A stretch of 64,000 bases of DNA from Candidatus Dojkabacteria bacterium (GCA_041750555.1 JBGSZB010000016.1:19725-83724), one strand, 5' to 3'. Numbered from the stretch's first letter, positions 50,190-60,957 are shown. Notes: a model not told the origin generated them from the letters alone. Translations and numbers: made by a program.

Positions 50190-53100
50190 ATGGCAATAGA
50201 AGCTGTTATTACTAACAAAGATTACTCAACTAGACTTAAAAAAAATATTGGAACTAAAGGACTTAAGATTGAAAGAGTATTTACAAAGAAAGGTAGTGAT
50301 AGGTATGAAGGCATTGAATTTGATTTAAGAGATTCAAGGATATCTAACCCTGATGGATCAACAGTCTTTGAAATGAAGGATGTTGAAGTACCACTTGAAT
50401 GGAGTCAAATTGCAACAGATATATTAGTTCAAAAATATTTTAGAAAGAAAGGTGTTCCTCAAAAGGATAGAAATGGAAATGTATTAAAAGATAAATCAGG
50501 GGAGGCAATATTAGGTAGTGAAAAAAGCGCTAAAGAAACAATTAATAGATTAGCTCTAGCTTGGAGATGGTGGGGTGAACAATATGGATACTTTAATTCA
50601 AAAGATGATGCAGATAGCTTTGAGGATGAATTAGCATATATATTAATGAAACAGATTGCAGCTCCAAATAGTCCTCAATGGTTTAATACAGGATTAAACT
50701 TAGCTTATGGAATAAATGGTAAAGCTCAAGGACACTGGTATGTTGATCCAGAAACAAAAAAATCTAAATTATCTGAAGATGCATATACAAGAGGACAACC
50801 TCATGCATGTTTTATACTTTCTATTGAAGATGATTTAGTAAATGAAGGCGGAATTTTTGATGTATTAAAAACTGAAGCTAGAATATTTAAATATGGATCA
50901 GGAACTGGAACTAACTTTTCTTCTATTAGAGCTAGTAATGAGACATTATCAGGAGGAGGAATCTCTAGTGGATTAATGAGTTTTTTAAAAATATTTGATG
51001 CAGGAGCAGGAGCTATTAAATCTGGAGGGACTACACGAAGAGCTGCTAAAATGGTTACTCTAGATATGGATCACCCAGAAATTGAACAATTTATTGTTTG
51101 GAAAGCAAGAGAGGAACAAAAGGTAGCAGCATTAGTTACAGGTTCCTACATTAACTACGATCATTTAAAACGAATAATGTTATCTGCAGAAACTAATGGT
51201 ATTGATCCAGTTAAAAATCCAGGATTAAAAAAATTAATAAATCAAGCTAAGTTAGATTATGTACCAGAAAACTACATTAAAAGAATATTAATGTTGGTTG
51301 AAAATGGAATTAAAAGTGAAGATTTTACTTTTGAAAGATATGATACAGATTTTAGATCTGAAGCATATTATACAGTTTCAGGACAAAATTCTAACAACTC
51401 AATTAGAGTTACTAATGAATTTTTTGAAGCCCTAAAAAATGATAGTGATTGGAATTTAATAAATAGAACTAACAGGGAAGTTTCTAAAACATTAAAAGCT
51501 AGATATTTATGGAATAAAGTTATTGAATCAGCATGGCAAAGTGCTGATCCTGGAGTTCAATATGATACAACTATTAATGAATGGCATACATGTCCAAGCG
51601 ACGGCAGAATTAATGCATCTAATCCATGTTCAGAATATATGTTTTTAGATAATACTGCATGTAACTTAGCTTCAATTAATTTAGTAAAATTTTATAATCC
51701 AGAAACTGGAGTATTTGATGTAGAAAGTTATAAACATGTTATTAGATTATTTACTATTGTATTAGAGATCTCTGTATTATCAGCTCATCTACCAACTAAA
51801 TCTGTTGCTGAAAGAACTTACCTTTATAGAACATTAGGATTAGGATATGCAAATATTGGAGCACTTTTAATGCAACAAGGTGTAGCTTATGAGAGTGAAA
51901 AAGGTTATGCAATAACTGGAGCCTTAACTTCAATTATGTGTGGAGAATCATATGCAACTTCTGCAGAAATGGCAAAAGTATTAGGTACTTTTGATAAATA
52001 CGAAGATAACAAAGATTCTATGCTTAGAGTTATTAGAAACCATAGAAGAGCATCATATAACACTCCTGATAGTGATTACGAAGATTTAACAATTAAACCT
52101 CAAGGTATTAATTCTAGTTTAATTGATGCAAGTTTGGGATATAACGCTATGGCTTCTTGGGATTACGCTTTAAAAATGGGAGAAGAGTTTGGATATAGAA
52201 ATGCACAAGTAACTGTTATTGCTCCAACTGGGACAATAGGCTTAGTTATGGATTGCGATACTACAGGTATTGAACCTGATTTTGCTGTTGTTAAATTTAA
52301 AAAATTAGTTGGGGGTGGATACTTTAAGATTGTTAATCAATCAATAAGACCAGCTCTTAAAAACTTAGGGTATTCTGAAACCGAAATAAATGATATTGAA
52401 AAATATATTATTGGAACTCCAAGTATTAAAGATTCTCCATATATTAATTTTGAAAGTTTAAAAGCTAAAGGCTTTACCGAAAAAGAACTAACAATTATTG
52501 AAAACAACTTAGAGAATGCATATAACTTAAGTAGTGTATTTTCTAAATGGAACCTAGGTGAAGACTTTCTTAAAAATACTTTAAAGTTAAGTAATGAGGA
52601 TATTAATTCTTCTAACTTATTAAAAAGTTTAGGGTTTAGTAATGAACAAATTGAATTAGCTGAAGAGTATGTTTGTGGAGCAATGACAATTGAAGGAGCT
52701 CCTCATTTAAAGCTTGAACATTATTCTGTTTTTGATTGTGCTAATAAATGTGGTAAAAAAGGAAAAAGATATATCTCTACAATGGGTCATTTAAGACAGA
52801 TGGCTGCAGCTCAACCTTTTATTAGTGGAGCTATTAGTAAAACTGTAAATTTACCTGAAGAAGCGACCTTAGAAGATATAGATGAAGCATATGTTAAAGG
52901 ATGGGAGTTAATGTTAAAAGCAAATGCACTTTACAGAGATTCTTCAAAATTAAGTCAACCACTAAATACTTCTAGTGATTCTAAATATGCTGAGTTATTT
53001 AATTTCAAAGAGGAGGACATTAAAGAAGAGGTAAGTTTAATTCAAATGCAAAAGGCTATTAAAGAAGAAGTTAGTGCACCAAGAAGAAGAAGATTACCTG

Positions 53101-53816
53101 AAGAGAGACATAGTCTTACACATAAGTTTAGTGTTGCAGGTCATGAAGGATATATTACTGTAGGACTATTTGAAGAAGGTACTCCCGGAGAAGTCTTTAT
53201 TACAATGAGTACTGCAGGAAGTTTCTTATCTGGAATTATGGATGCATTAGCTGTAAGTTTATCTCTTAATTTACAATATGGAGTGCCCCTAGAAGCTATT
53301 GTTAGAAAGTTAACTAGTACTAAATTTGAACCATCTGGCATGACTTCAAACAAAGAAATACCATTAGTTAAATCTATTACTGACTACATTGGTAGATGGT
53401 TAGGATTAAAGTTCTTACCTGCAGAAAAAGCTAAACTTTATCATAATGAAGAGTTAGTTGAAAGATCATATAGGGAGGGTAGTAATTTTAGAATTTTAAT
53501 TCCATATGTAAATGGAAGTGGTCATACCGAGGTTAAATCTAGACAAATCTTACACATTAATGAAGAGGAGAGTATAAAGGTTGTAGAAGTTCAAGCGATA
53601 ACTCAAGCTGAACCTTCTCAAATGACTTTAGATCATACTAAACCATTAGAAGATTTAAATGACTCTAAGATTGATTCAATAGGAGATAAGATTAGAATTG
53701 CTAAAGAAAAAGGTTTTACAGGAGAGATGTGTAGTAACTGTGGTAGTATGAATGTGAAACAAAACGGTAGTTGTACTGTATGTGCTGATTGTGGTACTAC
53801 TACTGGTTGTAGTTAA
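50190..53816 (+). CDS. nrdJ: Class II (adenosylcobalamin-dependent) ribonucleotide reductase
   Basis: PNSPQWFN, PHACFI, ASNPCSE, IAPTGTI, AISKTVN, TSCPD-like domain, C-terminal zinc ribbon ending TTGCS. Confidence 0.96.
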   Translation: MAIEAVITNKDYSTRLKKNIGTKGLKIERVFTKKGSDRYEGIEFDLRDSRISNPDGSTVFEMKDVEVPLEWSQIATDILVQKYFRKKGVPQKDRNGNVLKDKSGEAILGSEKSAKETINRLALAWRWWGEQYGYFNSKDDADSFEDELAYILMKQIAAPNSPQWFNTGLNLAYGINGKAQGHWYVDPETKKSKLSEDAYTRGQPHACFILSIEDDLVNEGGIFDVLKTEARIFKYGSGTGTNFSSIRASNETLSGGGISSGLMSFLKIFDAGAGAIKSGGTTRRAAKMVTLDMDHPEIEQFIVWKAREEQKVAALVTGSYINYDHLKRIMLSAETNGIDPVKNPGLKKLINQAKLDYVPENYIKRILMLVENGIKSEDFTFERYDTDFRSEAYYTVSGQNSNNSIRVTNEFFEALKNDSDWNLINRTNREVSKTLKARYLWNKVIESAWQSADPGVQYDTTINEWHTCPSDGRINASNPCSEYMFLDNTACNLASINLVKFYNPETGVFDVESYKHVIRLFTIVLEISVLSAHLPTKSVAERTYLYRTLGLGYANIGALLMQQGVAYESEKGYAITGALTSIMCGESYATSAEMAKVLGTFDKYEDNKDSMLRVIRNHRRASYNTPDSDYEDLTIKPQGINSSLIDASLGYNAMASWDYALKMGEEFGYRNAQVTVIAPTGTIGLVMDCDTTGIEPDFAVVKFKKLVGGGYFKIVNQSIRPALKNLGYSETEINDIEKYIIGTPSIKDSPYINFESLKAKGFTEKELTIIENNLENAYNLSSVFSKWNLGEDFLKNTLKLSNEDINSSNLLKSLGFSNEQIELAEEYVCGAMTIEGAPHLKLEHYSVFDCANKCGKKGKRYISTMGHLRQMAAAQPFISGAISKTVNLPEEATLEDIDEAYVKGWELMLKANALYRDSSKLSQPLNTSSDSKYAELFNFKEEDIKEEVSLIQMQKAIKEEVSAPRRRRLPEERHSLTHKFSVAGHEGYITVGLFEEGTPGEVFITMSTAGSFLSGIMDALAVSLSLNLQYGVPLEAIVRKLTSTKFEPSGMTSNKEIPLVKSITDYIGRWLGLKFLPAEKAKLYHNEELVERSYREGSNFRILIPYVNGSGHTEVKSRQILHINEEESIKVVEVQAITQAEPSQMTLDHTKPLEDLNDSKIDSIGDKIRIAKEKGFTGEMCSNCGSMNVKQNGSCTVCADCGTTTGCS

Positions 53817-53837
53817 TTATTTTGTAATATTAAATTT

Positions 53838-54107
53838 ATGCAGACATCAATGTTAGGATCTAATGATCCCTTAATAGAATCAGTTGACACTTCTGTGTTC
53901 AATAATGCAATAAAAGAAAGTGTTATAAAATCGATTAAAGCTTTAATTCAGGCAGGCAATCTAACCTTAGAGGATGTAATTACTGGGCAACAATTAGATA
54001 GTATAGTAGCAGACTTAGTAAAAACATTTAAAACCATTCCTGAAGATAACTTAAGAGGAATTGCAAGATATGTTATAGCTAATGAATACAGTAGATTAGA
54101 AGTTTAA
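53838..54107 (+). CDS. Small orphan; C-terminus ...RLEV
   Basis: 89 codons; similar to the C-terminal half of 54124. Confidence 0.6.
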   Translation: MQTSMLGSNDPLIESVDTSVFNNAIKESVIKSIKALIQAGNLTLEDVITGQQLDSIVADLVKTFKTIPEDNLRGIARYVIANEYSRLEV

Positions 54108-54123
54108 TTATTAATTTTAATAT

Positions 54124-54714
54124 ATGTTCGATAAAGATAATGAAGGTTACAGAAAAACAAAATCTAGTCAGATCGGGTATCTAGAAGATGGAACTGTGGT
54201 TGACGATACTTTAGAAGCACTTGAGAGAATGAATAATATAAACTCCAGATTAGACTTACTAATAGACAGTATTAAAGAGAAAGATCCTGAGATGTTCTCT
54301 GAGATGAAAATTAGCCAAGAATATATGGCTATGTTAATTTTGTTAGAAATTAGGATTTTAGCAGAAACGTATCCTAGAGTTAAAGCAACTCTTGATGAAA
54401 TCCAAGGAACAGGTAGTGCCCAAACTATGAATGAAACGGCAATAGAGGCAATAAAAAGAAGATTGGAATCTAGAGCAACTGTAGAGGTTAGAAAAACAAG
54501 AGAACAACTGGTTATTGATGCTATTATGGAATATACCTATATACAAGAAGCAGTAAAGAGAAAAGGCATAAAATACTTACAAGATTATGAAACATTAAAT
54601 TCGCTTTGCCGTAATATTCAAGACGATATTATTCCTGATGTTAATTTCCAGGAAATACAATTGGCGATGGATAGCATTGTATCAAAATTAGAAGGCCAAA
54701 CTATTGAAGGTTAA
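54124..54714 (+). CDS. Orphan; C-terminus ...KLEGQTIEG
   Basis: 196 codons; no family recognised. Confidence 0.7.
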   Translation: MFDKDNEGYRKTKSSQIGYLEDGTVVDDTLEALERMNNINSRLDLLIDSIKEKDPEMFSEMKISQEYMAMLILLEIRILAETYPRVKATLDEIQGTGSAQTMNETAIEAIKRRLESRATVEVRKTREQLVIDAIMEYTYIQEAVKRKGIKYLQDYETLNSLCRNIQDDIIPDVNFQEIQLAMDSIVSKLEGQTIEG

Positions 54715-55823
54715 CCTTTAATACTTTTAGATACCTCTAATACAATAATTTGAATTAATGCAGCAATTGGTATAGCAATTAAAGCTCCAATAGGACCTGC
54801 TAATTCTAACCCTGCAATAGCTGCAAAGATACTAAGAATAGGGTGTAAGTCAATAGCTTTTTTAAATATGTATGGAACAATTAATAACCCCTCTAATTGT
54901 TGAAGTAAGCCAAAAGATACAATTACATAGATAATTAAGGGGATACCACCACCACTTAATACAGCAACTAACACACCAATAATTAAAGTAATTAATGGAC
55001 CAATATTTGGAATCGACTCTAAAAGAGCTGCTACTATTGCAATAACTAATGCATATTCAGTTAAAGGAAAATCAGGAATAAAAAGAGATGGAATAGTTAA
55101 AATTAAATATGTTAATACACCAATAAAACCCATTAAAATTAATTGACCTCTAAACCATGCACCTAAACTGTTTTCAATTCTCTCCATGACAGGATTAACT
55201 CTTAAAATATACTTTTGAGGTAATAAATTAGTTAGAGGTTCATAAACATGGTTCTTGTTACCAACCATATATGCTGAAAGAATTATTACAATAAAGAAAC
55301 TAAATATTAACCCTATGCCACTACTAATAAATGAAATACTATTTAATCCAATAAAGTTAAAAGCTTGAAAGATCAAATTTAATAAACTATTAAGATCTAA
55401 ACCCTGTAAACTAGTTAATGATAAATCAGCAACCGATTTAATATTATCTAAACTATTAATACCAATATATTCCTTTAAGAAAGGTAAATTAATTTCAATA
55501 AAGTTAATTAAATTAATAACTTTAATATCAATATCACTTAAAAAATCTCTTAATTGATTAATTCCTGTTAAAACAATAATTAAGGATAAAAGTATAAAGA
55601 GTATAAAAAATATTAAGTATGTTAGAAAAATAGAAAAATTTCTAGGTAGCTTTTTACTTACAAAAAAATTAACGAAAGGTCTAAGTCCTGCATTAACAAT
55701 GTATGCAACAAATAACAAAAGAATTACACCTCTTAAAAGATAAGCTAAATATAAGAACATAGCTACTCCAAAAACTAAAAGTATACTTTTATAAGAAATA
55801 TTTATATTAATGTTTTTCATCAC
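54711..55823 (-). CDS. AI-2E family (PerM-like) permease
   Basis: WFRGQL, LESIPNIGP, QQLEG.LIVP, LHP, G.IGALIAIP. Confidence 0.92.
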   Translation of the reverse strand: MMKNININISYKSILLVFGVAMFLYLAYLLRGVILLLFVAYIVNAGLRPFVNFFVSKKLPRNFSIFLTYLIFFILFILLSLIIVLTGINQLRDFLSDIDIKVINLINFIEINLPFLKEYIGINSLDNIKSVADLSLTSLQGLDLNSLLNLIFQAFNFIGLNSISFISSGIGLIFSFFIVIILSAYMVGNKNHVYEPLTNLLPQKYILRVNPVMERIENSLGAWFRGQLILMGFIGVLTYLILTIPSLFIPDFPLTEYALVIAIVAALLESIPNIGPLITLIIGVLVAVLSGGGIPLIIYVIVSFGLLQQLEGLLIVPYIFKKAIDLHPILSIFAAIAGLELAGPIGALIAIPIAALIQIIVLEVSKSIKG

Positions 55824-55827
55824 TTAA

Positions 55828-56946
55828 TTATAGCGTATATATCCAAATACCAATAACCATACATGCGATAGAGAATAGTGTTAATCTCATAACTACCTTT
55901 TCTTCACTCCAACCATACTTCATTTGAAAATGATAATGAATAGGAGCCATTGCAAATATTCTTCTACCTAAAACTCTTCTACCAATACCTTGTATAACTG
56001 TTGATAGTAGAGTAACAGCAAATGGGAGTGAAATAATTAATAACATTAAAGGTTCTTGAAGTATAAATGCAACTGACGCTAATAGTGTTCCTAAACTTAA
56101 TGAACCAATATCTCCCATTTGAAATCTTGCTGGGGGAATATTAAAGTAGATATAACTTAATATACTTCCAATAATTGTAGCTATTAATATAACTGATCTA
56201 ATATCTTCTTTAAGTAGGGCAATAACTAAAAATCCAACAAAAGAGTAAAGTAATTGATTAGCAGCTAAACTATCCATTCCATCTGCTAAATTAACAGCAT
56301 TTGTCATTAAAACAGTTGTAATCCATGTAAATGGAATTAGAAATAGTCCAATATTAATAGATGTATTAAGTATTGGTATGTTTAATAACTCAGGATTAGA
56401 TAATGGAGTAAAGTAATATAGGGCAATACCTAGTCCAATTCCTACAATTGATTGTACAATAATTTTTTCATGAGCTTGAATACCTTTACCGGGATTTGAA
56501 CCTAACATGTAAAAGAATGCTTTATATAAACTCCAAGGTAGTGTTAAAACTAATAGAACTCTTTTAATCTTACTTTTATGAACCTTAATTAACTTAATAG
56601 TTCTACTAAAACTTCTAGGTTTATCTCTATCTCTTCCAAATATATTTAAAATATCATCTAAGCCCCCTAATATTGCAGAGAGTATAAATAATACTAATAA
56701 TAAATATATACCTCTATTAGGATTAAATAATAAATTTAAAACAACAACTGATATCACTACAATTAAACCACCCATTATTGGAACTCCAACTTTTAAGTTT
56801 CGTTTTTCAATTAACGATGATATATCAACTGCCATTCTTCTCGTAATATTTAATTTATATAAAATATTAATTACAGGAAAAGCTATTAAAAAAGAAAATA
56901 CTCCAGAAAGAAGTATTATTGAAAATATTTGGTGTAGATCTATCAT
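55828..56946 (-). CDS. mraY: Phospho-N-acetylmuramoyl-pentapeptide transferase
   Basis: VPIMGG, GGLDD, NAVNLADGMD, PARFQMGDIGS, MAPIHYHF..GWSE. Confidence 0.93.
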   Translation of the reverse strand: MIDLHQIFSIILLSGVFSFLIAFPVINILYKLNITRRMAVDISSLIEKRNLKVGVPIMGGLIVVISVVVLNLLFNPNRGIYLLLVLFILSAILGGLDDILNIFGRDRDKPRSFSRTIKLIKVHKSKIKRVLLVLTLPWSLYKAFFYMLGSNPGKGIQAHEKIIVQSIVGIGLGIALYYFTPLSNPELLNIPILNTSINIGLFLIPFTWITTVLMTNAVNLADGMDSLAANQLLYSFVGFLVIALLKEDIRSVILIATIIGSILSYIYFNIPPARFQMGDIGSLSLGTLLASVAFILQEPLMLLIISLPFAVTLLSTVIQGIGRRVLGRRIFAMAPIHYHFQMKYGWSEEKVVMRLTLFSIACMVIGIWIYTL

Positions 56947-57030
56947 ATTATTATTTAAATTACCTTATTCTACCAATGAATATATTTAGGTGCAATTTAA
57001 AATTAATGTGCAATTAAGATATAATCAATT

Positions 57031-58551
57031 ATGAATTCAATACTCTCTAGTAAAAATACAACTTTCCAAGAAAAAATCATTAATGCATCTAAACTACCTG
57101 GTTGTTATCTATACAAAGATAATAGGGGTAAAGTATTGTATGTTGGTAAAGCTAAAGTGTTAGTTAATAGAGTTAAAAGCTACTTCATTAACTATAAAAA
57201 GCTAGATATCAAAATACAACAAATGTTAGATCAGGCTTTTGATATAGAATTAATAACTGTAGATTCAGAGATTGAGGCTTTAATTCTAGAAACTAACTTA
57301 ATAAAGAAATATAAACCTAAATATAACTCATTAATGATAGATGATAAAAACTATACATGGGTTAAATTTGAGAAATATATTAAAGGTGTTAAAGATTTTC
57401 CAAGAATAAAACTTGTTAGAGAAAAGTTAGATGATGGAAGTGAATACTTTGGACCATTCCCAGATAGAGTTCCATTAAGAAATGTTTTAAAAAGACTTAG
57501 GAAGGTATTTCCATATGTAACTTGTAATAGGAAATTAATACAAAAAACAGATAATCCCTTACTTATAGAAACTAATAATAGTACTCCATGTTTGTACTAC
57601 CATATAGGATTATGTAATGCTCCATGTGCCAGTTTAGAATCTAGAGATGATTATTTAAAAAGATTTAATGAAATTAAGAGATTTTTTAGAGGAGAAAAGC
57701 TAAGTATTATTAATTCCCTAGAACGGGAGATGGGTAGCTTTTCAAAAATTAAAAACTATGAAGAAGCTGCAATAATTAGAGATAAGATAAATGATATTAA
57801 ATATGTAACTAAAAATATTAGAATTGATAGTGATGTAGATGATATTGTTGTATCTAATTTAAAACTAGAGGAGAGGAGAGAAGGTTTAAATCAATTAATT
57901 GAAGAATTAAAGTTCCCAAGTGATAAATTAAGTTACCATAAAGATTTTAAAATAGAGTGTTATGACATTAGTAATATTCAAGGTAGTAATCCAGTTGGAG
58001 CTATGACTGTAATGATTAATGGTAGTTTATCTCCAAGTCTTTACAGAAAATTTAAGATTAGGGGGAAGAATACTCCTAATGATTTTTTTATGCTTCAAGA
58101 GATGCTTACAAGAAGATTTAGCCATGTAAATATTAATACCATACAAAATTCAGATATAGTTTTAAATGATAATTTGGAAAATATTGAAGATTATAAAGAG
58201 AGTAAAGATATTGATCCATCATTTAGTGTACTACCTGATTTAATAATAATAGATGGAGGTAAAGGGCAATTAAGTTCAAGTTATAAAATTTTATACAATT
58301 TAGGATTACATAATATTATTCCAATAATTGGTTTAGCTAAAAGAGATGAAGAAGTTTTTAAATTAACTCATCAATTTAGAGAAGATTTTAGTGAATACAA
58401 TTTAGAATTTGAAAAAGTATTTACAAGAATATATCTACCTAGAAGATCAGAAAGTCTTTACTTAGTTCAAAGAATTAGAGATGAAGCTCATAGATTCGGA
58501 ATAACATTTCATAGAAAATTAAGATCTCAGAGTTTAATTAAGAAAGATTAA
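57031..58551 (+). CDS. uvrC: Excinuclease ABC subunit C (no C-terminal HhH)
   Basis: GIY-YIG PGCYL..LYVGKAK, IECYDISN, PDLIIIDGGKGQL, RIRDEAHRF. Confidence 0.95.
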   Translation: MNSILSSKNTTFQEKIINASKLPGCYLYKDNRGKVLYVGKAKVLVNRVKSYFINYKKLDIKIQQMLDQAFDIELITVDSEIEALILETNLIKKYKPKYNSLMIDDKNYTWVKFEKYIKGVKDFPRIKLVREKLDDGSEYFGPFPDRVPLRNVLKRLRKVFPYVTCNRKLIQKTDNPLLIETNNSTPCLYYHIGLCNAPCASLESRDDYLKRFNEIKRFFRGEKLSIINSLEREMGSFSKIKNYEEAAIIRDKINDIKYVTKNIRIDSDVDDIVVSNLKLEERREGLNQLIEELKFPSDKLSYHKDFKIECYDISNIQGSNPVGAMTVMINGSLSPSLYRKFKIRGKNTPNDFFMLQEMLTRRFSHVNINTIQNSDIVLNDNLENIEDYKESKDIDPSFSVLPDLIIIDGGKGQLSSSYKILYNLGLHNIIPIIGLAKRDEEVFKLTHQFREDFSEYNLEFEKVFTRIYLPRRSESLYLVQRIRDEAHRFGITFHRKLRSQSLIKKD

Positions 58552-59340
58552 TTATTTTTCATTATCCATATCCTTAATACTATCCTCTACATCTTTAATT
58601 AATTCATCAGAGAGTGGAGTACTTTCCCCATATGTTGTTTCAACAGGTTTAGATGGAATATTCTTTTTATTTAATCTTGGAGCTTTTAATTTAGGCATAG
58701 AAACTTTAGATAATTTAACTCTACTAGAGTAATTTGATAAAACTTTAGAACTACCTCCAAATATTAGAATAAGTCTATCTACAATTCGTTCAGTATATAT
58801 ATCTAATATTATTACTATTACTAAAACTAAAATTGCTGATAAATCAATACTTCCATTTAAAAAGCTAATTTCAAATAAATTACCTTGAGACCACTCAGTT
58901 GTTGAATAAATTATTGTAATTATAGCTGGAGAATTTGTTGTAACACCTATACCAAATAACTCTAAAACTATTCTTAAAAAAAGAAATGCTTCTACAATCT
59001 TATACAATGCATCTAAAAAGTTTTGAAATACATCTTTAAAAGTCTCAAAAAAGAATGATGTAATTAATTCTGAAATAGCTATTGAAAATATTGAATAGAT
59101 AATCATACCTATTACACAATCAAAATTAATTTTTTGAAGGAAACCATCAAAAGGAATACTTACTAAGCCATTAAAAGGGGATAAAAAGAAATCACTTATG
59201 GAATATATTAAACCAATTAATCCTTGATTTTCTAGTTCAAAATATTGAAAAAGTATTCTTAAAATGAAAAAGAGAACTATAAAGGAAACTATTAAAAAAA
59301 TTACTGCTCTTATTCTTCCTCTTATATCAGGTAATTCCAT
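58552..59340 (-). CDS. YggT-family membrane protein (tandem YggT repeats)
   Basis: LRILF...IYSISDFFLSPF and LRIVL...IIYSTTE...IDLSAIL repeats. Confidence 0.65.
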   Translation of the reverse strand: MELPDIRGRIRAVIFLIVSFIVLFFILRILFQYFELENQGLIGLIYSISDFFLSPFNGLVSIPFDGFLQKINFDCVIGMIIYSIFSIAISELITSFFFETFKDVFQNFLDALYKIVEAFLFLRIVLELFGIGVTTNSPAIITIIYSTTEWSQGNLFEISFLNGSIDLSAILVLVIVIILDIYTERIVDRLILIFGGSSKVLSNYSSRVKLSKVSMPKLKAPRLNKKNIPSKPVETTYGESTPLSDELIKDVEDSIKDMDNEK

Positions 59341-59427
59341 TTAATGTTAATATACATAAGTAAATTATATCTCTAGATATGTTATTTTATACTAAAGTAT
59401 ATTGTATTTAAATAACTTAATTAACAA

Positions 59428-60315
59428 ATGACTAATACTAAAAGATTAGAACAAAAATTAGATAACCAAAACTTAATCTGGGCTTTGGATAAATATGCAG
59501 ATTTTGGAGTTTTACATTTATATAAAGAGTTATCTCAGGATGAAGAGAGTAATTTAAATGAGGTTAAATCTCTTTCAAATTCTTTATTAACTAAATATGA
59601 ACTTAAAGGTATTTATTTAAAAAAGAGATATATTAATGATCCTAAACTTGATAATTTAACCGTATTAGTTGCAGGAGTTGAATCAGAAGACGAAATTATT
59701 GTAATAGAAAATGATATTAAGTTTATTATAAGACTTAAAGATAAATTAGATGTTGGATTATTTTTAGATCATAGAATTTCAAGAGAACTAATTCAGGGTT
59801 ATTCAAAGAATAAAGATGTTTTAAATCTATTTAGCTATACTTCATCTTTTAGTGTTTATGCTGCCCTTAATGGTGCTAAAACTACTACAAGTGTAGATTT
59901 ATCTAATACTTATTGTTTATGGTCTCAAAAAAACTTTGAAATTAATGATTTAAAAGTTAATTACAATAATTCAGATAGTAGTGCTACTAACTATATTTGG
60001 AAAGAGGATGTTTTTGATTTTATTAATGTTTGTATAGAAACTAATACAACTTATGACATTATAGTTTTAGATCCTCCATCATTTTCTAGAAATAAGGGTA
60101 AAGTATTTAGTATTCAAAAAGATCATGAAGAGTTAATTAGAAATATTCAAAATCACCTATTAAATCCTGGAGGTATTTTATTCTTTAGTAATAACTTAAG
60201 TGATTTCCAATTAAGTAAATATATTAGACCAGGAGCTGATAAATTAACTAAAAAAACTATTCCTGAAGAATTTTTACCATACAGAGCTCATCAATCTTTT
60301 GCTTTCTATAACTAA
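59428..60315 (+). CDS. Class I SAM-dependent rRNA methyltransferase (RlmI/RlmK-like)
   Basis: GLFLDHR, LNLFSYT, SVDLSNTY, LDPPSF. Confidence 0.9.
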   Translation: MTNTKRLEQKLDNQNLIWALDKYADFGVLHLYKELSQDEESNLNEVKSLSNSLLTKYELKGIYLKKRYINDPKLDNLTVLVAGVESEDEIIVIENDIKFIIRLKDKLDVGLFLDHRISRELIQGYSKNKDVLNLFSYTSSFSVYAALNGAKTTTSVDLSNTYCLWSQKNFEINDLKVNYNNSDSSATNYIWKEDVFDFINVCIETNTTYDIIVLDPPSFSRNKGKVFSIQKDHEELIRNIQNHLLNPGGILFFSNNLSDFQLSKYIRPGADKLTKKTIPEEFLPYRAHQSFAFYN

Positions 60316-60316
60316 A

Positions 60317-60335
60317 TGACATCATTTTGATGTCA
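60317..60335. promoter_or_regulatory. Palindromic operator upstream of the TA operon
   Basis: TGACATCA-TTT-TGATGTCA just upstream of a TATAAT box. Confidence 0.65.
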
Positions 60336-60377
60336 ATATGATATAATAATACATATTAAATGTAATATTTTTATATT

Positions 60378-60644
60378 ATGTCAACTAAATTAAAAAGTAT
60401 AAGGTTTCCAAACACTGTTGTAAGTGTTTTAGATGATTATTCTAAAAAGAATTACGGTATTTCATTTTCAAAGTATATTGTGCACTTAGCTATTGATAAA
60501 GTAGAAGAGATTAACTCTACATCAATTTCACTTCAGGATATATTTGAAGAAAGTGAAAATGATATAGTATCAGGGAATGCACTAATTCTTAAAGATGAGG
60601 AGAGTGTAAAATCCTATCTTAATAGTTTAAAGGAAGATGAATAA
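60378..60644 (+). CDS. Antitoxin (ribbon-helix-helix-like N-terminus, acidic C-terminus)
   Basis: KSIRFP...GISFSKYI; overlaps the downstream toxin by 8 nt. Confidence 0.7.
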   Translation: MSTKLKSIRFPNTVVSVLDDYSKKNYGISFSKYIVHLAIDKVEEINSTSISLQDIFEESENDIVSGNALILKDEESVKSYLNSLKEDE

Positions 60645-60921
60645 ATATAGTCTTTATTTTTCCAACGAGTTTAAAAGAAACTATAAATCTTTTAAGAAAA
60701 GAAGGGATACACAATACAAAATTGATGATGTAATTGTTCTAATTGGGAAAGACCCCTACAGTAAAGGACTTAAATCTCATATGGTTAACCTTTCTAAAAT
60801 TGGTAAATGTTGGAGTTCAAGAGTTGATGGTGATATTAGAATTATATGGACATTTAGTAAAAAGGATACCAACATAATTATTGTATTAAGAGTAGGAGGA
60901 CATGATATTGTATATAGCTAA
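60637..60921 (+). CDS. RelE/YafQ-superfamily mRNA interferase toxin
   Basis: FSNEFKRNYK, LKSH, WSSRVDGDIRIIW, LRVGGHD..Y. Confidence 0.85.
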   Translation: MNKYSLYFSNEFKRNYKSFKKRRDTQYKIDDVIVLIGKDPYSKGLKSHMVNLSKIGKCWSSRVDGDIRIIWTFSKKDTNIIIVLRVGGHDIVYS

Positions 60922-60957
60922 AAAAATGAGACTACGTGGTGTATAATCCCCCTAATT

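Noticed and set aside
50190-53816. Possible intein or intron in the long NrdJ
   Set aside because: No intein N-/C-terminal splice motifs or LAGLIDADG blocks seen; the length is consistent with long NrdJ forms carrying TSCPD and zinc-ribbon domains.
945-54546. Short ORFs antisense or out-of-frame to real genes (945, 2820, 12235, 15042, 17188, 20877, 23990, 24777, 31568, 33840, 34550, 34997, 37704, 39330, 44744, 49672, 53141, 54358)
   Set aside because: Shadow ORFs overlapping better-supported genes; they have the F/L/S/I-rich composition typical of antisense frames and no motifs.
56990-57015. GTGCAATT direct repeat upstream of uvrC as an SOS-type box
   Set aside because: Only 8 nt, with no matching pair at the other repair genes; cannot be supported from this window.
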